Assembly (NCBI GenBank): GCA_963664195.1
Contig: OY760907.1
Span: 762,459 to 826,458 of the forward strand
From: an uncultured candidate division Zixibacteria bacterium
GTDB taxonomy: Bacteria > Zixibacteria > MSB-5A5 > GN15 > FEB-12
Reading direction: 5' to 3'
DNA length: 64,000 nt
The translations under genes were made by a program, and so were the position numbers. Under the pieces are notes generated by a model that was not told the origin of the DNA, did no database searches, and saw nothing but the letters and a program-made list of their open reading frames with translations. Below, in pieces: positions 33,802 to 43,360 of this stretch (the stretch's first letter is position 1; every line of letters starts with the position of its first letter).

Positions 33802-34428
33802 TCAAGCCGCGGCAAGACCGATGACAAGACTGATGGTCACAAGAATCACCATCCAGTTGACCGTCGAGTCAATGTCATCCTTCACGTCAACCATCTGCTT
33901 TCCCGCATGATCCGCAAAGTGTTCCTCAAGTTTCCCCAGGATCCCCTGTGTTTCGTTCAGGGCAACCGAGGTTTCCGTCTCGAAGATAGCAACGGCCTTC
34001 TGCACCGCCGCCGGGTCGGCGGCATCATAGACCTCATCGATTTCCGAGGCTGATTCGTGCAAGTGAGAGTGCGGCTTTTTTATGTCAGCCAGCAGGGCAG
34101 CAAGAGCGGGGTCGGCCGCCGCCTGAGATTGCGTCTCGGCACTGTAGAGCCATTGGCCAAGGCCGCATTTGTGATCGTCCAACTGGACATCGACGTGGTT
34201 TACGTCTTCGTCGTAGAATAGCTGACACAGCCTGTTGGCCCATTGCAGGTGATCAACCTCTTTCTCGATCATAAGGGACTTGTCCGCTTCGCAACCACCA
34301 ATTGCGTGCAAATGCTCTTCCACGGATAGGAAAGCGGAATAATTGAAATAGCTCGCGACCACGAATAGCAGCAAGACAATGGCGAATCCTACGCCCAACT
34401 TCTTTCCGATCTTGAGATTGGCAAACAT
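33802..34428 (-). CDS. chemoreceptor N-terminal portion (TM1 - periplasmic CZB-like sensor - TM2), ends at in-frame TGA
   Basis: The ATG at 34428 lies 7 nt after GGAGG. TM1 is GVGFAIVLLLFVVASYF. The periplasmic region carries HLQW..CGLGQW..HSHLH. TM2 is WMVILVTISLVIGLAAA, followed directly by TGA-GTG and the HAMP of the next ORF. Confidence 0.7.
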   Translation of the reverse strand: MFANLKIGKKLGVGFAIVLLLFVVASYFNYSAFLSVEEHLHAIGGCEADKSLMIEKEVDHLQWANRLCQLFYDEDVNHVDVQLDDHKCGLGQWLYSAETQSQAAADPALAALLADIKKPHSHLHESASEIDEVYDAADPAAVQKAVAIFETETSVALNETQGILGKLEEHFADHAGKQMVDVKDDIDSTVNWMVILVTISLVIGLAAA

Positions 34429-34665
34429 AGAATAGCCTCCCAAAGAATCTAGCCCGTCTCCTATACTTCTGTTGTAGTGTGCCTGGGAGTCTCAAGATGA
34501 AGATCTTGTCGCGACCCCTCCCACAGATCAATATCGGCTATCAGCAATCACGTTTTAGCACTCTATCTTCACAATGGACAACTAAGATATATTTTATCGG
34601 GAACTTCTGCCGCCGCTTGGTGAGAACAGTCCAGTTTCTGCACATGTCGAGGGCACGATCGGCCA

Positions 34666-34699
34666 CGAAAAAGGGCAGCCCGCGAAACGCGAGCTACCC
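34666..34699 (-). terminator. putative intrinsic terminator of the dCache chemoreceptor gene
   Basis: A 12-bp stem (2 mismatches) followed on the minus strand by CTTTTTCGTG. It lies about 50 nt after the stop at 34751. Confidence 0.55.
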
Positions 34700-34750
34700 T
34701 CAAAGATGTACTATGTCCTGTTACTCACCCGGTGGGCAACAGCCTTACGA

Positions 34751-36871
34751 TCAGACGCGGAACTGCGACACCATATTCTTCAGGCTGTCGGCATTTCGAC
34801 TCAGTTCCTCGGAGGCGGCGGCGGACTGCTCTGCGCCCTGTGCTGCCTCCTTGCTGACGGAGGAGATGTGATCGATGTTCCTGGTGATCTGCTCGGCAGC
34901 GACAGCCTGCTCTTCAGAGGCGGTCGCAATCTGCTGGATCATGTCCATGACACGCTGTGACATCTCGACAACCTTGGAGAGATTGTCGCCGGCCTGATCG
35001 GCCAGTTCTCGGCCCTTATCGACTTCCGCGATACCTGCCTCCATCGAGCCTACAGCTTCCTGTGTCTCGTTCTGGATGCCTTTGATCATGCCGGTGATTT
35101 CGCCAGTGGCCTTGCCGGTGCGCTCGGCCAGCTTGCGGACTTCATCAGCAACAACGGCAAAGCCTCTTCCCTGCTCACCGGCACGGGCGGCCTCGATGGC
35201 GGCGTTGAGAGCCAGCAGATTGGTCTGGTCGGCAATGTCATCGATTACTGTGATGATCTCGCCGATCTGGTCGGCAGACTGAGCCAGCTTGCCGATGGAG
35301 TCAGCAGACTCCCTTACCGTGGACGCGATCGTCTGCATTCCTGTAACGGTCTCCCCAACAATCATACCACCGTCAGTAGCAGTGTCAGAGGCGCCCTTGG
35401 AGATTTCATTTGCCTCGGCCGTGTTCTTGGCCTGCTCGGCGATAGTCGCAGACATTTCTTCGACCGCCGCAGCCACCTGACTGACCTGCTGGGCCTGATC
35501 CTGGGCACCCTTTGAGGCCTCCTCGGAAGTGGAGGATATTTGGATGGCCGCAGATACCAGATCTTCGGTGCTGGCATTGATTTGCTGCACCATCTCCGTC
35601 AGGTTGAATACCATGGTCTTGAACGAGTGGCTGAGGGCGTCCTCGTCAGACTTCGGCTCAATCTGCACAGTCAGGTCCTTCGCAGCCACCACCGAGGCGG
35701 CGTCGGCCAGACCCTTCATGTAGTCAATCAGCTTCTGGAATGACTTAGCCAGCGTTCCCACTTCATCGTTTGTCTTTATGTCTATTGACTGCTGAACGTC
35801 ACCCACAGCGATCTTCTCCGCGACTTCGGATATCTTGATAACCGGGCGCACTATAGTACGGGCCAGGAAGAACGCGACTGCGAGAGATATCAACAAACAG
35901 ACAAAACCCAGCGTAACGATAGCGTTTCGGACTTGCGCAACCGGTGCTGTAAACTCGTCGAGGTAACTACCAGCAGCGATGATCCAATCCCAGTCTTTGA
36001 CATACGTGTAGGCCACGATCTTGTCGCGAGGTTCGGTCTCGCCGAGAGCCGTGTTGATCCAGGGGTAGGTGATCCATCCGATTTCGCCGTCAGCAAGCTG
36101 CGGCGCTTTGGCGCATATTTCCTTGATAAAATCGTACTTGCTTATGTTTGAACCCTCACTGGCGGGGTGAACCTGGAGCACGCCGTCTGAGTCCATAGCA
36201 TAAATGTACCCGGTCTCGCCGACTCTCTGGGCAAGAAGACCTGTACGCAAGACTTGTGATTCGGCCAGCTGGGCAATGCCCAAAACACCGACAACATTGT
36301 TTGATCCGTCGCGCAGAGGCTCATAGGCGGTCACATACCACGATCCCAGGATCTGAGCACGACCGTAGAACGGCTGTCCTTTTCCCACGACCTGATCAAA
36401 CACGTCTTGAGAGAGACTGGAACCAACAGCGCGTTCGCCGTCGTCCGACTTTGTAGTCGTGGCGATTCTCACCGCACGTGACCCATCTCTCATGAAAATC
36501 GACGCCATATTGCCCGTCGCACTCTTGATCTGATCGACGAATTCGTGATTGTCGTTCAGTACGACAGCGCCGCCATCGGCTTCATACTGCATCTGTCCGT
36601 TGGACAGACTGATGGAACCGGAGGTGATTTCCTGAAGCAGACTTGACGAAGTGGCCAGATCTGATTTCAGCTTGAATTGAACTTCCTCGGCGTTTACCTG
36701 ACACGTTTTCTGCGCCATTGCGGCCAAGTGGGCCAGATCTGTCTTGGCCAACTCGACCAGGTGTGTCTCCGACTGGGATACGCTGATGAAGGCGACCCCG
36801 GCAATGGATAGCACGAGCACTGAAAAAATCAGTAGCATTATTTTGTGAGTAAGTTTCAGTTGCAGTTTCAT
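34751..36871 (-). CDS. methyl-accepting chemotaxis protein with double-Cache-like periplasmic sensor
   Basis: The ATG at 36871 follows GGAAGG. TM1, a ~280-aa periplasmic domain, TM2 '[17 protein letters not shown]', HAMP '[21 protein letters not shown]', and the MCP signalling domain. Confidence 0.85.
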   Translation of the reverse strand: MKLQLKLTHKIMLLIFSVLVLSIAGVAFISVSQSETHLVELAKTDLAHLAAMAQKTCQVNAEEVQFKLKSDLATSSSLLQEITSGSISLSNGQMQYEADGGAVVLNDNHEFVDQIKSATGNMASIFMRDGSRAVRIATTTKSDDGERAVGSSLSQDVFDQVVGKGQPFYGRAQILGSWYVTAYEPLRDGSNNVVGVLGIAQLAESQVLRTGLLAQRVGETGYIYAMDSDGVLQVHPASEGSNISKYDFIKEICAKAPQLADGEIGWITYPWINTALGETEPRDKIVAYTYVKDWDWIIAAGSYLDEFTAPVAQVRNAIVTLGFVCLLISLAVAFFLARTIVRPVIKISEVAEKIAVGDVQQSIDIKTNDEVGTLAKSFQKLIDYMKGLADAASVVAAKDLTVQIEPKSDEDALSHSFKTMVFNLTEMVQQINASTEDLVSAAIQISSTSEEASKGAQDQAQQVSQVAAAVEEMSATIAEQAKNTAEANEISKGASDTATDGGMIVGETVTGMQTIASTVRESADSIGKLAQSADQIGEIITVIDDIADQTNLLALNAAIEAARAGEQGRGFAVVADEVRKLAERTGKATGEITGMIKGIQNETQEAVGSMEAGIAEVDKGRELADQAGDNLSKVVEMSQRVMDMIQQIATASEEQAVAAEQITRNIDHISSVSKEAAQGAEQSAAASEELSRNADSLKNMVSQFRV

Positions 36872-37509
36872 GCCTGCCCTTCCTTTGCTTGACCGAACCA
36901 CGGAGTAAGTTACTGTTTATGAAATATGGTATCTCAGCAGCAAATACGCCAATGTCTCAGCCCCTCTCTATTTCGATTCACTTGTATTGTCGCGTTGCAT
37001 GTCCGCCGTTCCCGTGTGACCACTGACGGCGGAAATATCAATTCCTGATACTTTTGACACGCCTCTTTTGCCCCGGCCCCTCAGGCCCTGCAAGCGCCGT
37101 ATGCTACACGGCATTTCCGATTGTGTGGGCCCATACAATTTGGAATGTGAGATACATAGTTGCTGATCGAGCCCCTTCGCGTATGTGTTCTATTGTCGGT
37201 TGATTGGGAATCGGAATTCACTGATGAAGAGGCGAATTCGCTGTTGGTGTACCGAAAACGAGATTCCAGAGAACCGGAAGGAGAGTCTCAATGAGACTTT
37301 TAGTATGCTGGCTGCACGGCCTCACCAGAGAGACCGGTGCCGAGTGTGACAATTGTCGTTGACTGGCAATCGATTAGTCGGAGAATCAAGCGGAATGGGA
37401 CCGATCCTACGTAACATAGACCGGCTATGTTCAGCGACTGAACATACTCTGCGACCAAATCATACCGGCCAGTAGGTCATCCTGAAATGTGTCCGCAACA
37501 GCAGGCAGA

Positions 37510-40011
37510 CTACTCTTCCTGCCATTGCAGGACCAATCCCTCGTATCTATCGATCAGCGTCTGAGTATCCTCTTTGGAATGGGACTCCGCAAGGATATTG
37601 AAGGAGGCTCTGAGCCTGTCGGGGACAACATACACCCAGCCGCCGTCTTCCTTAATGCGGACACCGTCGACCATCTGTCGTTCCCTGTTTGCGGATTCAG
37701 TTATCAGGTGTCTCATCACCGTTCCTTTCCTGGCCCAGGGGCAGGGGACAGAGGTGGTCTGCCTGATATAGTGCTCGTATTTCTTGCGGAAATCTGCGAC
37801 ATCACGACCGTCTCGGGCGAGCATCTCAAAAATCCTGACCGCTGCAACAATACCGTCGGCTCCTGTCTGGAACCCGGGGAATATGAACCCGCCTCTCGTT
37901 CCCCCTACAAACGAAACACCGCCATCGCGACGGATGTCCATCATCGCCTGATGGTCGCCTCCGACCCGGACAACCTCAACGCCGTGCTCGGCAGCTATCT
38001 CTTCAACGCCCATCGAAGCGCCGATAGGCACTGCGATCCGCGCCGGACGGTGCCCTTTGAGGAATAACTCGGTAACCATCAACAGCAATGTCTGTTCATC
38101 AAGCGGCACTCCCTGACGATCGACCAGAGTTAGTTTCTCGGTAGCTGCGTTGATTCGGATACCGAGGTCGGCATTCAGCGAGCGAACGATAGTCGATAAC
38201 TGCACGATAGCCTGCGCACGTTCTTCATGAGTCACGGAGCATTTGTGCGCCGAGGGATTCGCATTCAATTCCGTCACCGAAATTCCGAGCTTGGTGAACA
38301 GCATCGGGTAGACCTGGGAAGAGGAACCAAAGGCGTAGTCAACGACGGCCTTGAAACCGGCTTTTCTAATGAGGTCCACATCGACCGAGGCTAAAAACTC
38401 GTCCTGATAATCCTCCAGTACCCGCTGCGGATAATCCAGATGACCAATGTCATCAATGGAGGCCCGTTCATAATCCTCGCCAAAATAGTTTCTCTCAAGC
38501 TTTTTGAGTTTGGCCGTCGGCATGTCAAGTCCTGAGCCGTGGAAGAAAATGAAATCGAGTTGACGGTAGTCCTCGGGGTTATGTCGCACGTATATGCCGG
38601 CGTCGTACCGTCCTTTGGAAAGCGCGTATCTGACCACCGGGACAGGCATGGTCTCAAGGTCAGAGACATGAACGCCAGCCGCAAGGAGTCCGGAGATGAG
38701 AGAACGCCGCAGAAGACGAGTGACATCGGAGGCATCGCGGCTGGTGACCACTGCCGACCCGGCACCCAGTGCCGCGCCGAAAGCTGCCCCCAGACGCACG
38801 CCCATTTCAGGTGTGATCTCTGTCATCGCAAGTCCGGATATCTTGGAGTCGGTGCAGAGCTCGCGGTTCCATTTCTCGCCCCAGACCAGCGAGGCAGATA
38901 CGATTGCCCCGTCGTCGACCGTCTTGCTCGGCCATATTTTGCAGTTGGCTTTAACAGTGGCAAAGTTACCGATTGTGCAGTCATCAGAAACAATAGCGTT
39001 ATCCAGCAACTGAACATCGTTACCCAGTCGTGCCCCGGCGCAAACAATCGCGCTTGAGAAACGACAGCCGTTGCCAACGGTAGTGTCCGCCCAGAGTACG
39101 GTATCACGGAGATCGCACTCCCTGCCGATTCGTGAGCGGGCGCCAATTGAACAATTGTGAAGATGGGTGCCGTCGTCAATACGGACGTCGTCACCGAGAA
39201 TCACAGTACCGGTAAACTCGACACCTTCGCCGACTTGTAGATTGTTTCCCTGATGAACGGTCCCTTCTCCTATGTTGGCCTTCCTCACCTTCAGATCAAG
39301 ATGAAGCTGTTCTTCGAAGATGTGTCGGTGGACACGGTAATACTCGTCGACATTGCCGACGTCCTTCCAGTAGCCATCCATAATCTTGCCGCAGAGCTTC
39401 ATCCCTTTTGCCAGCATCAACGGATACAAGTCTTGGGAGAAGTCAAAATTGGTGTGCTCGGGAATCAACCGGGCCGCTTCCGGCTCCAGAATATAGATTC
39501 CGGTGTTGATCGTATCGGAAAACGCCTCACCCCAGGTCGGTTTTTCGAGGAAGCGTACGATACGCCCGGTTTCGTCGGTGATCACGATGCCGTAGGCAAT
39601 CGGATTCTCGATGCGCGTGAGCAGAATGGTGGCATCCGCCTCTTTCGATTTGTGCCACTCGATAGCTTCTTTGAGATCAAAATCAGTTATGACATCACCG
39701 GAGATAATCAGCACAGGTTCATCCGGTTCACCCATAGCGTAGCGGACAGCGCCGGCGGTACCGTAATCATCGTCAGGCTGGGCGTAGGCCATGGAGATTC
39801 CGAATTTCGCCCCGTCAAGGAAGTAGCTGCGGATGATCTCCGGCTGGAAATACAATAGCGACGTGACATCCGTAAGCCCACTCCCGGCCAACAGCCCGAC
39901 CACATGTTCCATCATGGGGATATTTCCGATGGGAACCATCGGTTTGGGAGTGTTGATTGTCAGGGGGCGAAGCCTGGTACCAAAGCCGCCGGCCATCACG
40001 ATCGCTTTCAC
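37510..40011 (-). CDS. sugar-phosphate nucleotidyltransferase (NTP_transferase + LbH) fused to a degenerate phosphohexomutase-like domain
   Basis: 833 aa. The N-terminus has MAGGFGTRLRPLTINTPKPMVP, followed by hexapeptide repeats. The C-terminal ~440 aa align to PGM/PMM but carry YVRHNP (not TASHNP), NAATEK (not DGDGDR) and GGTRGG (not GGExSG). Confidence 0.8.
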   Translation of the reverse strand: MKAIVMAGGFGTRLRPLTINTPKPMVPIGNIPMMEHVVGLLAGSGLTDVTSLLYFQPEIIRSYFLDGAKFGISMAYAQPDDDYGTAGAVRYAMGEPDEPVLIISGDVITDFDLKEAIEWHKSKEADATILLTRIENPIAYGIVITDETGRIVRFLEKPTWGEAFSDTINTGIYILEPEAARLIPEHTNFDFSQDLYPLMLAKGMKLCGKIMDGYWKDVGNVDEYYRVHRHIFEEQLHLDLKVRKANIGEGTVHQGNNLQVGEGVEFTGTVILGDDVRIDDGTHLHNCSIGARSRIGRECDLRDTVLWADTTVGNGCRFSSAIVCAGARLGNDVQLLDNAIVSDDCTIGNFATVKANCKIWPSKTVDDGAIVSASLVWGEKWNRELCTDSKISGLAMTEITPEMGVRLGAAFGAALGAGSAVVTSRDASDVTRLLRRSLISGLLAAGVHVSDLETMPVPVVRYALSKGRYDAGIYVRHNPEDYRQLDFIFFHGSGLDMPTAKLKKLERNYFGEDYERASIDDIGHLDYPQRVLEDYQDEFLASVDVDLIRKAGFKAVVDYAFGSSSQVYPMLFTKLGISVTELNANPSAHKCSVTHEERAQAIVQLSTIVRSLNADLGIRINAATEKLTLVDRQGVPLDEQTLLLMVTELFLKGHRPARIAVPIGASMGVEEIAAEHGVEVVRVGGDHQAMMDIRRDGGVSFVGGTRGGFIFPGFQTGADGIVAAVRIFEMLARDGRDVADFRKKYEHYIRQTTSVPCPWARKGTVMRHLITESANRERQMVDGVRIKEDGGWVYVVPDRLRASFNILAESHSKEDTQTLIDRYEGLVLQWQEE

Positions 40012-40038
40012 AGCTCAATTCCTTTGAATATGTTATGT

Positions 40039-40707
40039 TCACACGGTCAGGAAACCTGCCGCACTCAGTCGACTCGCTATATCACTAAATGTCTCATACG
40101 AGTTGTAGGGAATGTCATTGTCCCGACAATACACTTCGAGGTCTTTCTTGGCAAACACGAGATCCGCCTCCCTGGCGGCACAGGCGTCGGAGTAGCCGTC
40201 GCCGACAAACACCATGATCGTACCTTCGGTGAACACCTTGCGATATTCGCGAATTCGTTCTCCCTTGCAACTGCCGCAGCTTTTGCAGTCATGGTTGGTA
40301 TAGGGAAACTCGATACGAAGACCGTCATTCTCCAGATATCCCTTGTTGCAGACTACTTTTATGAATCCCAACCCGCTGCGTCCGAGGATTTGATGGATAT
40401 ACAGATCCAGACCCTCGGATACTATTGTCAGCGGTACGCCCGCTCCTCGACACCGCCATTCAAACTCTAAGAACGTCTCATCTATGGTGAACTGTTCCAA
40501 AAATTCGAGAATCTCAACCGACGAGGCGTGCACCATTTCAGCTTCTTTGACCAGCACCTCCCGGCTTGAGAGTATGCCGGCCTTCCAATCGGGAAGCAGC
40601 TCATCGTTACGACCACCTGAGAAATGGTGAAACATATTGTAGCCCACATCGTGGGCGGCGACTGTTCCGTCAAAGTCGCAGAAGACGGCTATTTTGTTGG
40701 TACTCAT
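40039..40707 (-). CDS. HAD-superfamily phosphatase, MtnX/PSPase-like subfamily
   Basis: The ATG at 40707 gives MSTNKIAVFCDFDGT (DxDxT motif I). 'CKSCGSCKG' and 'VGDGYSDACAAREADLVFAK' parallel B. subtilis MtnX as I recall it. Confidence 0.75.
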   Translation of the reverse strand: MSTNKIAVFCDFDGTVAAHDVGYNMFHHFSGGRNDELLPDWKAGILSSREVLVKEAEMVHASSVEILEFLEQFTIDETFLEFEWRCRGAGVPLTIVSEGLDLYIHQILGRSGLGFIKVVCNKGYLENDGLRIEFPYTNHDCKSCGSCKGERIREYRKVFTEGTIMVFVGDGYSDACAAREADLVFAKKDLEVYCRDNDIPYNSYETFSDIASRLSAAGFLTV

Positions 40708-40879
40708 CAAACAGATTTCGTCATTTAGTTGTTTCGGATCACACAGGAGCAATATACGCGTTGCCTGCCCCAGAGCATCGTAAAAACCGGGCTGTTGTCA
40801 TCAAAAATCGGAAACAACTGTCGTTTTCCGGGGATGTCGCAGTTGTATTAGTCGATTCCTGACACTCTGATAGCACTAT

Positions 40880-42466
40880 CTAAAAACCACTGGCACGGTC
40901 CGCTTTGAGAACCTCAGCGGCAAACCTTATGTCCGGTCTGTACGGGACAATTGCTCGTTGATACGCAGCTCTTCCGCCCCCCTGATGTTCCCAGGCAATT
41001 TCCTCGAGCCGCATCTTGATATAATCCCCGTAGTGAATGAACTCATTGATATCATCCTCGTGCGCCAACTCGCTGATATCTTCGCAGACAGCGCGTGTCT
41101 CAGATTCGTTTTCACTTAAACGGGCTATCTCAAGTAGAAACACGGCCGCCTCGGTCACGGGAGACACATACTGGAATTGTTCGGACCAGGCATACTCGCG
41201 AAATCGCGCTACCCACAGGTCATCAAGTTCATCTTCTCCGGAAGCCTCGACAATCTCTTCGCTGTGAAAGTTTCCGAATTGGTTCAGCAAACGAGAGTAC
41301 TCAAGAGTCAGCGGAAAAGCCTCGTGATCGACAAACTTCAGCACATAGTCCGGCACCAGACCGTGGCCGACATCCTCAAGCACGGAATCGAATTCGTTGA
41401 GATAGATGCCCCCCTCGAGATAATACCTCGATACGGTCAAACGAAGCGCACCACCATCGACTAACCGCGTGAATCCCTGTACCAAACCTTTGCCGAAAGT
41501 AGTATCCCCAACCAGCACCGCCCGGTTAAGCTGCTGAAGAGAACCGGCGACAATCTCAGCGGACGAGGCCGACCCGCCGTCAACAATCACGGCCATGGGC
41601 AACCCGCCAGTGATGTCAGAGCCGGTCGAGTAATGCTCCTCCTCGTTCCACACCGACCTGCCCCTGGTCCCGACAATGAACTGGCCGCCGTCGAGGAACA
41701 AATTGGCGGTTCGGTATGCCTCCTGGAACAGCCCGCCCGGGTTTTCACGGAGATCGAGCACCACCCCCTGCGGCGTGATTTCCTCCGAAGATATGAGCGA
41801 GTCAAGGGCAGCCTCGAGGTCGTCGGAGGCACCGGCATCGAAATCAAGCATACGCACATAGATCATGCTGTCCGCAGTGAATCCGGCATAGGGAACATGG
41901 ACGAGATTGATCCGGCGTCTTGTGATATCTACGTCCAGCGTATCACCGCTGCTGGGACGGAATACAAGTGCGTTGAGTTTGGTCCCCTCCATCCCCCGTA
42001 TGTATGCCGTTGCGTCCGCTGCCGAAAGTCCCTTGAGATCGGTTGAGTCGGCCCGAATTATGATGTCCCCCGTGAGCATCCCAGCTTCATCTGCCGGACC
42101 ATCTTCACGCACTGAAATCACCAGCAGACCACGGCCGTTTTCCACAACAGTCACGCCGATTCCGGTGTACCGGCCCGTCATTTCCTCGTTAATACGGCCG
42201 AACTGCTCCGCGTTGTGATAAGTGGAAAATCTGTCCAGCCGGTCGAAAATGGCGTCAATGCCGCTATCAAGCAGTCGGTCCCAGTCAACGTCGTCTCTGT
42301 AGACGCGATCAATGCCGATTGCCACCCGGGTGAGGCGAAACGTCTCGTGCAAGTCATCATCCGCCAGCACATAAACCGCCACACCACCTGATATGAGCAC
42401 AATCAGAAACATGAAAATCACAGAAAGGAGAATGTAGCGCCGCTCAGGGATTTGAGAAGACATCAC
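40880..42466 (-). CDS. S41 family C-terminal processing peptidase (PDZ-containing)
   Basis: 528 aa. N-terminal TM, PDZ 'GPADEAGMLTGDIII', the catalytic region 'VIVDGGSASSAEIVAGSLQ' and '..TFGKGLVQ'. Confidence 0.85.
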   Translation of the reverse strand: MMSSQIPERRYILLSVIFMFLIVLISGGVAVYVLADDDLHETFRLTRVAIGIDRVYRDDVDWDRLLDSGIDAIFDRLDRFSTYHNAEQFGRINEEMTGRYTGIGVTVVENGRGLLVISVREDGPADEAGMLTGDIIIRADSTDLKGLSAADATAYIRGMEGTKLNALVFRPSSGDTLDVDITRRRINLVHVPYAGFTADSMIYVRMLDFDAGASDDLEAALDSLISSEEITPQGVVLDLRENPGGLFQEAYRTANLFLDGGQFIVGTRGRSVWNEEEHYSTGSDITGGLPMAVIVDGGSASSAEIVAGSLQQLNRAVLVGDTTFGKGLVQGFTRLVDGGALRLTVSRYYLEGGIYLNEFDSVLEDVGHGLVPDYVLKFVDHEAFPLTLEYSRLLNQFGNFHSEEIVEASGEDELDDLWVARFREYAWSEQFQYVSPVTEAAVFLLEIARLSENESETRAVCEDISELAHEDDINEFIHYGDYIKMRLEEIAWEHQGGGRAAYQRAIVPYRPDIRFAAEVLKADRASGF

Positions 42467-43107
42467 TTCGCTCCCATCCTCTGAGCCAGCAGCCTCTTGA
42501 CATCGGCGAATATCTCATCGACAGACCCCAGGGCGTCGATCACTCTCACCCGGTCGCTCTCTTCGGCGGCGATTTGCAGAAAACCTCTACGGACCCGCTC
42601 GAAAAACGCACGCGATTGCGACTCCAGACGGTCAGGCTCATTACCACGACGCGAAAATGCCGTATCCAGATCAACATCGAAAACCATTGTCAAGTCTGGC
42701 GTGATCTCCCCCACCGCAACCTTATGCAACTGCTTGATCATGGCGATATCGAGTTGCCGTCCGTACCCCTGATATGCGGTGGTGCTATCGTAGAACCGGT
42801 CGCACAGGACGATCTGTCCGGCTTCAAGCAAGGGCCGAATCTCGCGCTCAGTGATTTCGCTGCGAGCGGCCTCGTAGAGAAGAAGCTCAGTGGTATCTGT
42901 GAGCGAGGAATCATTGCTCAGTAGAATATCACGAATCTTCTCAGACACCGGCGTCGATCCCGGTTCGCGGAGTTTAGTAACAGTGTACCCCAGCGAAATC
43001 AGATGGTCATGCGCCCTGTCCAACTGCGTAGTCTTGCCGCAACCGTCGATACCCTCGAAGGTCACGAAGAGGCCGCGTTTATTTTGCGAGTTCTGTGTCA
43101 TTACCAT
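42463..43107 (-). CDS. tmk: thymidylate kinase
   Basis: P-loop 'FVTFEGIDGCGKTTQ' and 'DRFYDSTTAYQG'. The start is taken at ATG 43107 (alternative 43101), because the longer ORF start lies inside a REP hairpin. It overlaps the peptidase gene by 4 nt. Confidence 0.9.
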   Translation of the reverse strand: MVMTQNSQNKRGLFVTFEGIDGCGKTTQLDRAHDHLISLGYTVTKLREPGSTPVSEKIRDILLSNDSSLTDTTELLLYEAARSEITEREIRPLLEAGQIVLCDRFYDSTTAYQGYGRQLDIAMIKQLHKVAVGEITPDLTMVFDVDLDTAFSRRGNEPDRLESQSRAFFERVRRGFLQIAAEESDRVRVIDALGSVDEIFADVKRLLAQRMGAK

Positions 43108-43110
43108 AGA

Positions 43111-43156
43111 GTCGAAACCGCAGGACAACGATGTTACGTGGGTTTCGACCTACTAC
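43111..43156 (-). repeat. REP-like hairpin, family 1 variant (GTCGAAACC ... GGTTTCGACCTACTAC)
   Basis: A 9-bp stem with a 21-nt loop. The CTAC tail gives it the opposite orientation to copies 4361, 21194 and 29207. Confidence 0.8.
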
Positions 43157-43174
43157 TGTCTCATTTCCGTTGAT

Positions 43175-43204
43175 GTCGAAACCGCAGGGGTTTCGACCTA
43201 CTAC
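43175..43204 (-). repeat. REP-like hairpin, family 1 variant
   Basis: gtcgaaaccgcaggggtttcgacctactac. A 9-bp stem with a 5-nt loop. Confidence 0.8.
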
Positions 43205-43213
43205 TTACGGATG

Positions 43214-43231
43214 TTGTAGGGCGGGTCCGTC
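43214..43231 (-). repeat. family 2 tail, inverted (TTGTAGGGCGGGTCCGTC)
   Basis: Exact reverse complement of 886-903. Confidence 0.8.
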
Positions 43232-43249
43232 CGCGAGCCCACCGGGGAT

Positions 43250-43268
43250 GTCGAAACTACAGGACAAC
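43250..43268. repeat. family 1 half-element (GTCGAAACTACAGGACAAC)
   Basis: It matches the left half of the 43111 copy (gtcgaaaccgcaggacaac) with 2 changes. No right arm is seen. Confidence 0.6.
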
Positions 43269-43360
43269 ATGGTTGCGCCGAGCTCGACCTGCTCTACCGC
43301 CAGGTGCCGTCATTTGTCCCTGCGAGAGGGCACTCCATACGTTGACAAATATCCGTATGC

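Noticed and set aside
33802-33804. Selenocysteine or genome-wide TGA recoding at the in-frame TGA of the chemoreceptor
   Set aside because: TGA clearly terminates other well-defined genes in the window, such as RidA at 5940-5942 and cluster gene 3 at 58011-58013. A redox-active Sec at a TM2/HAMP junction is implausible, and no obvious SECIS-like hairpin follows.
43111-43268. Mini-CRISPR-like array of three GTCGAAAC repeats
   Set aside because: There are only three copies, with irregular spacing of 64 and 75 nt. The repeats are self-complementary hairpins of variable structure. The same motif is dispersed singly at four other loci, and no cas genes are present. It is a REP/BIME-like cluster.
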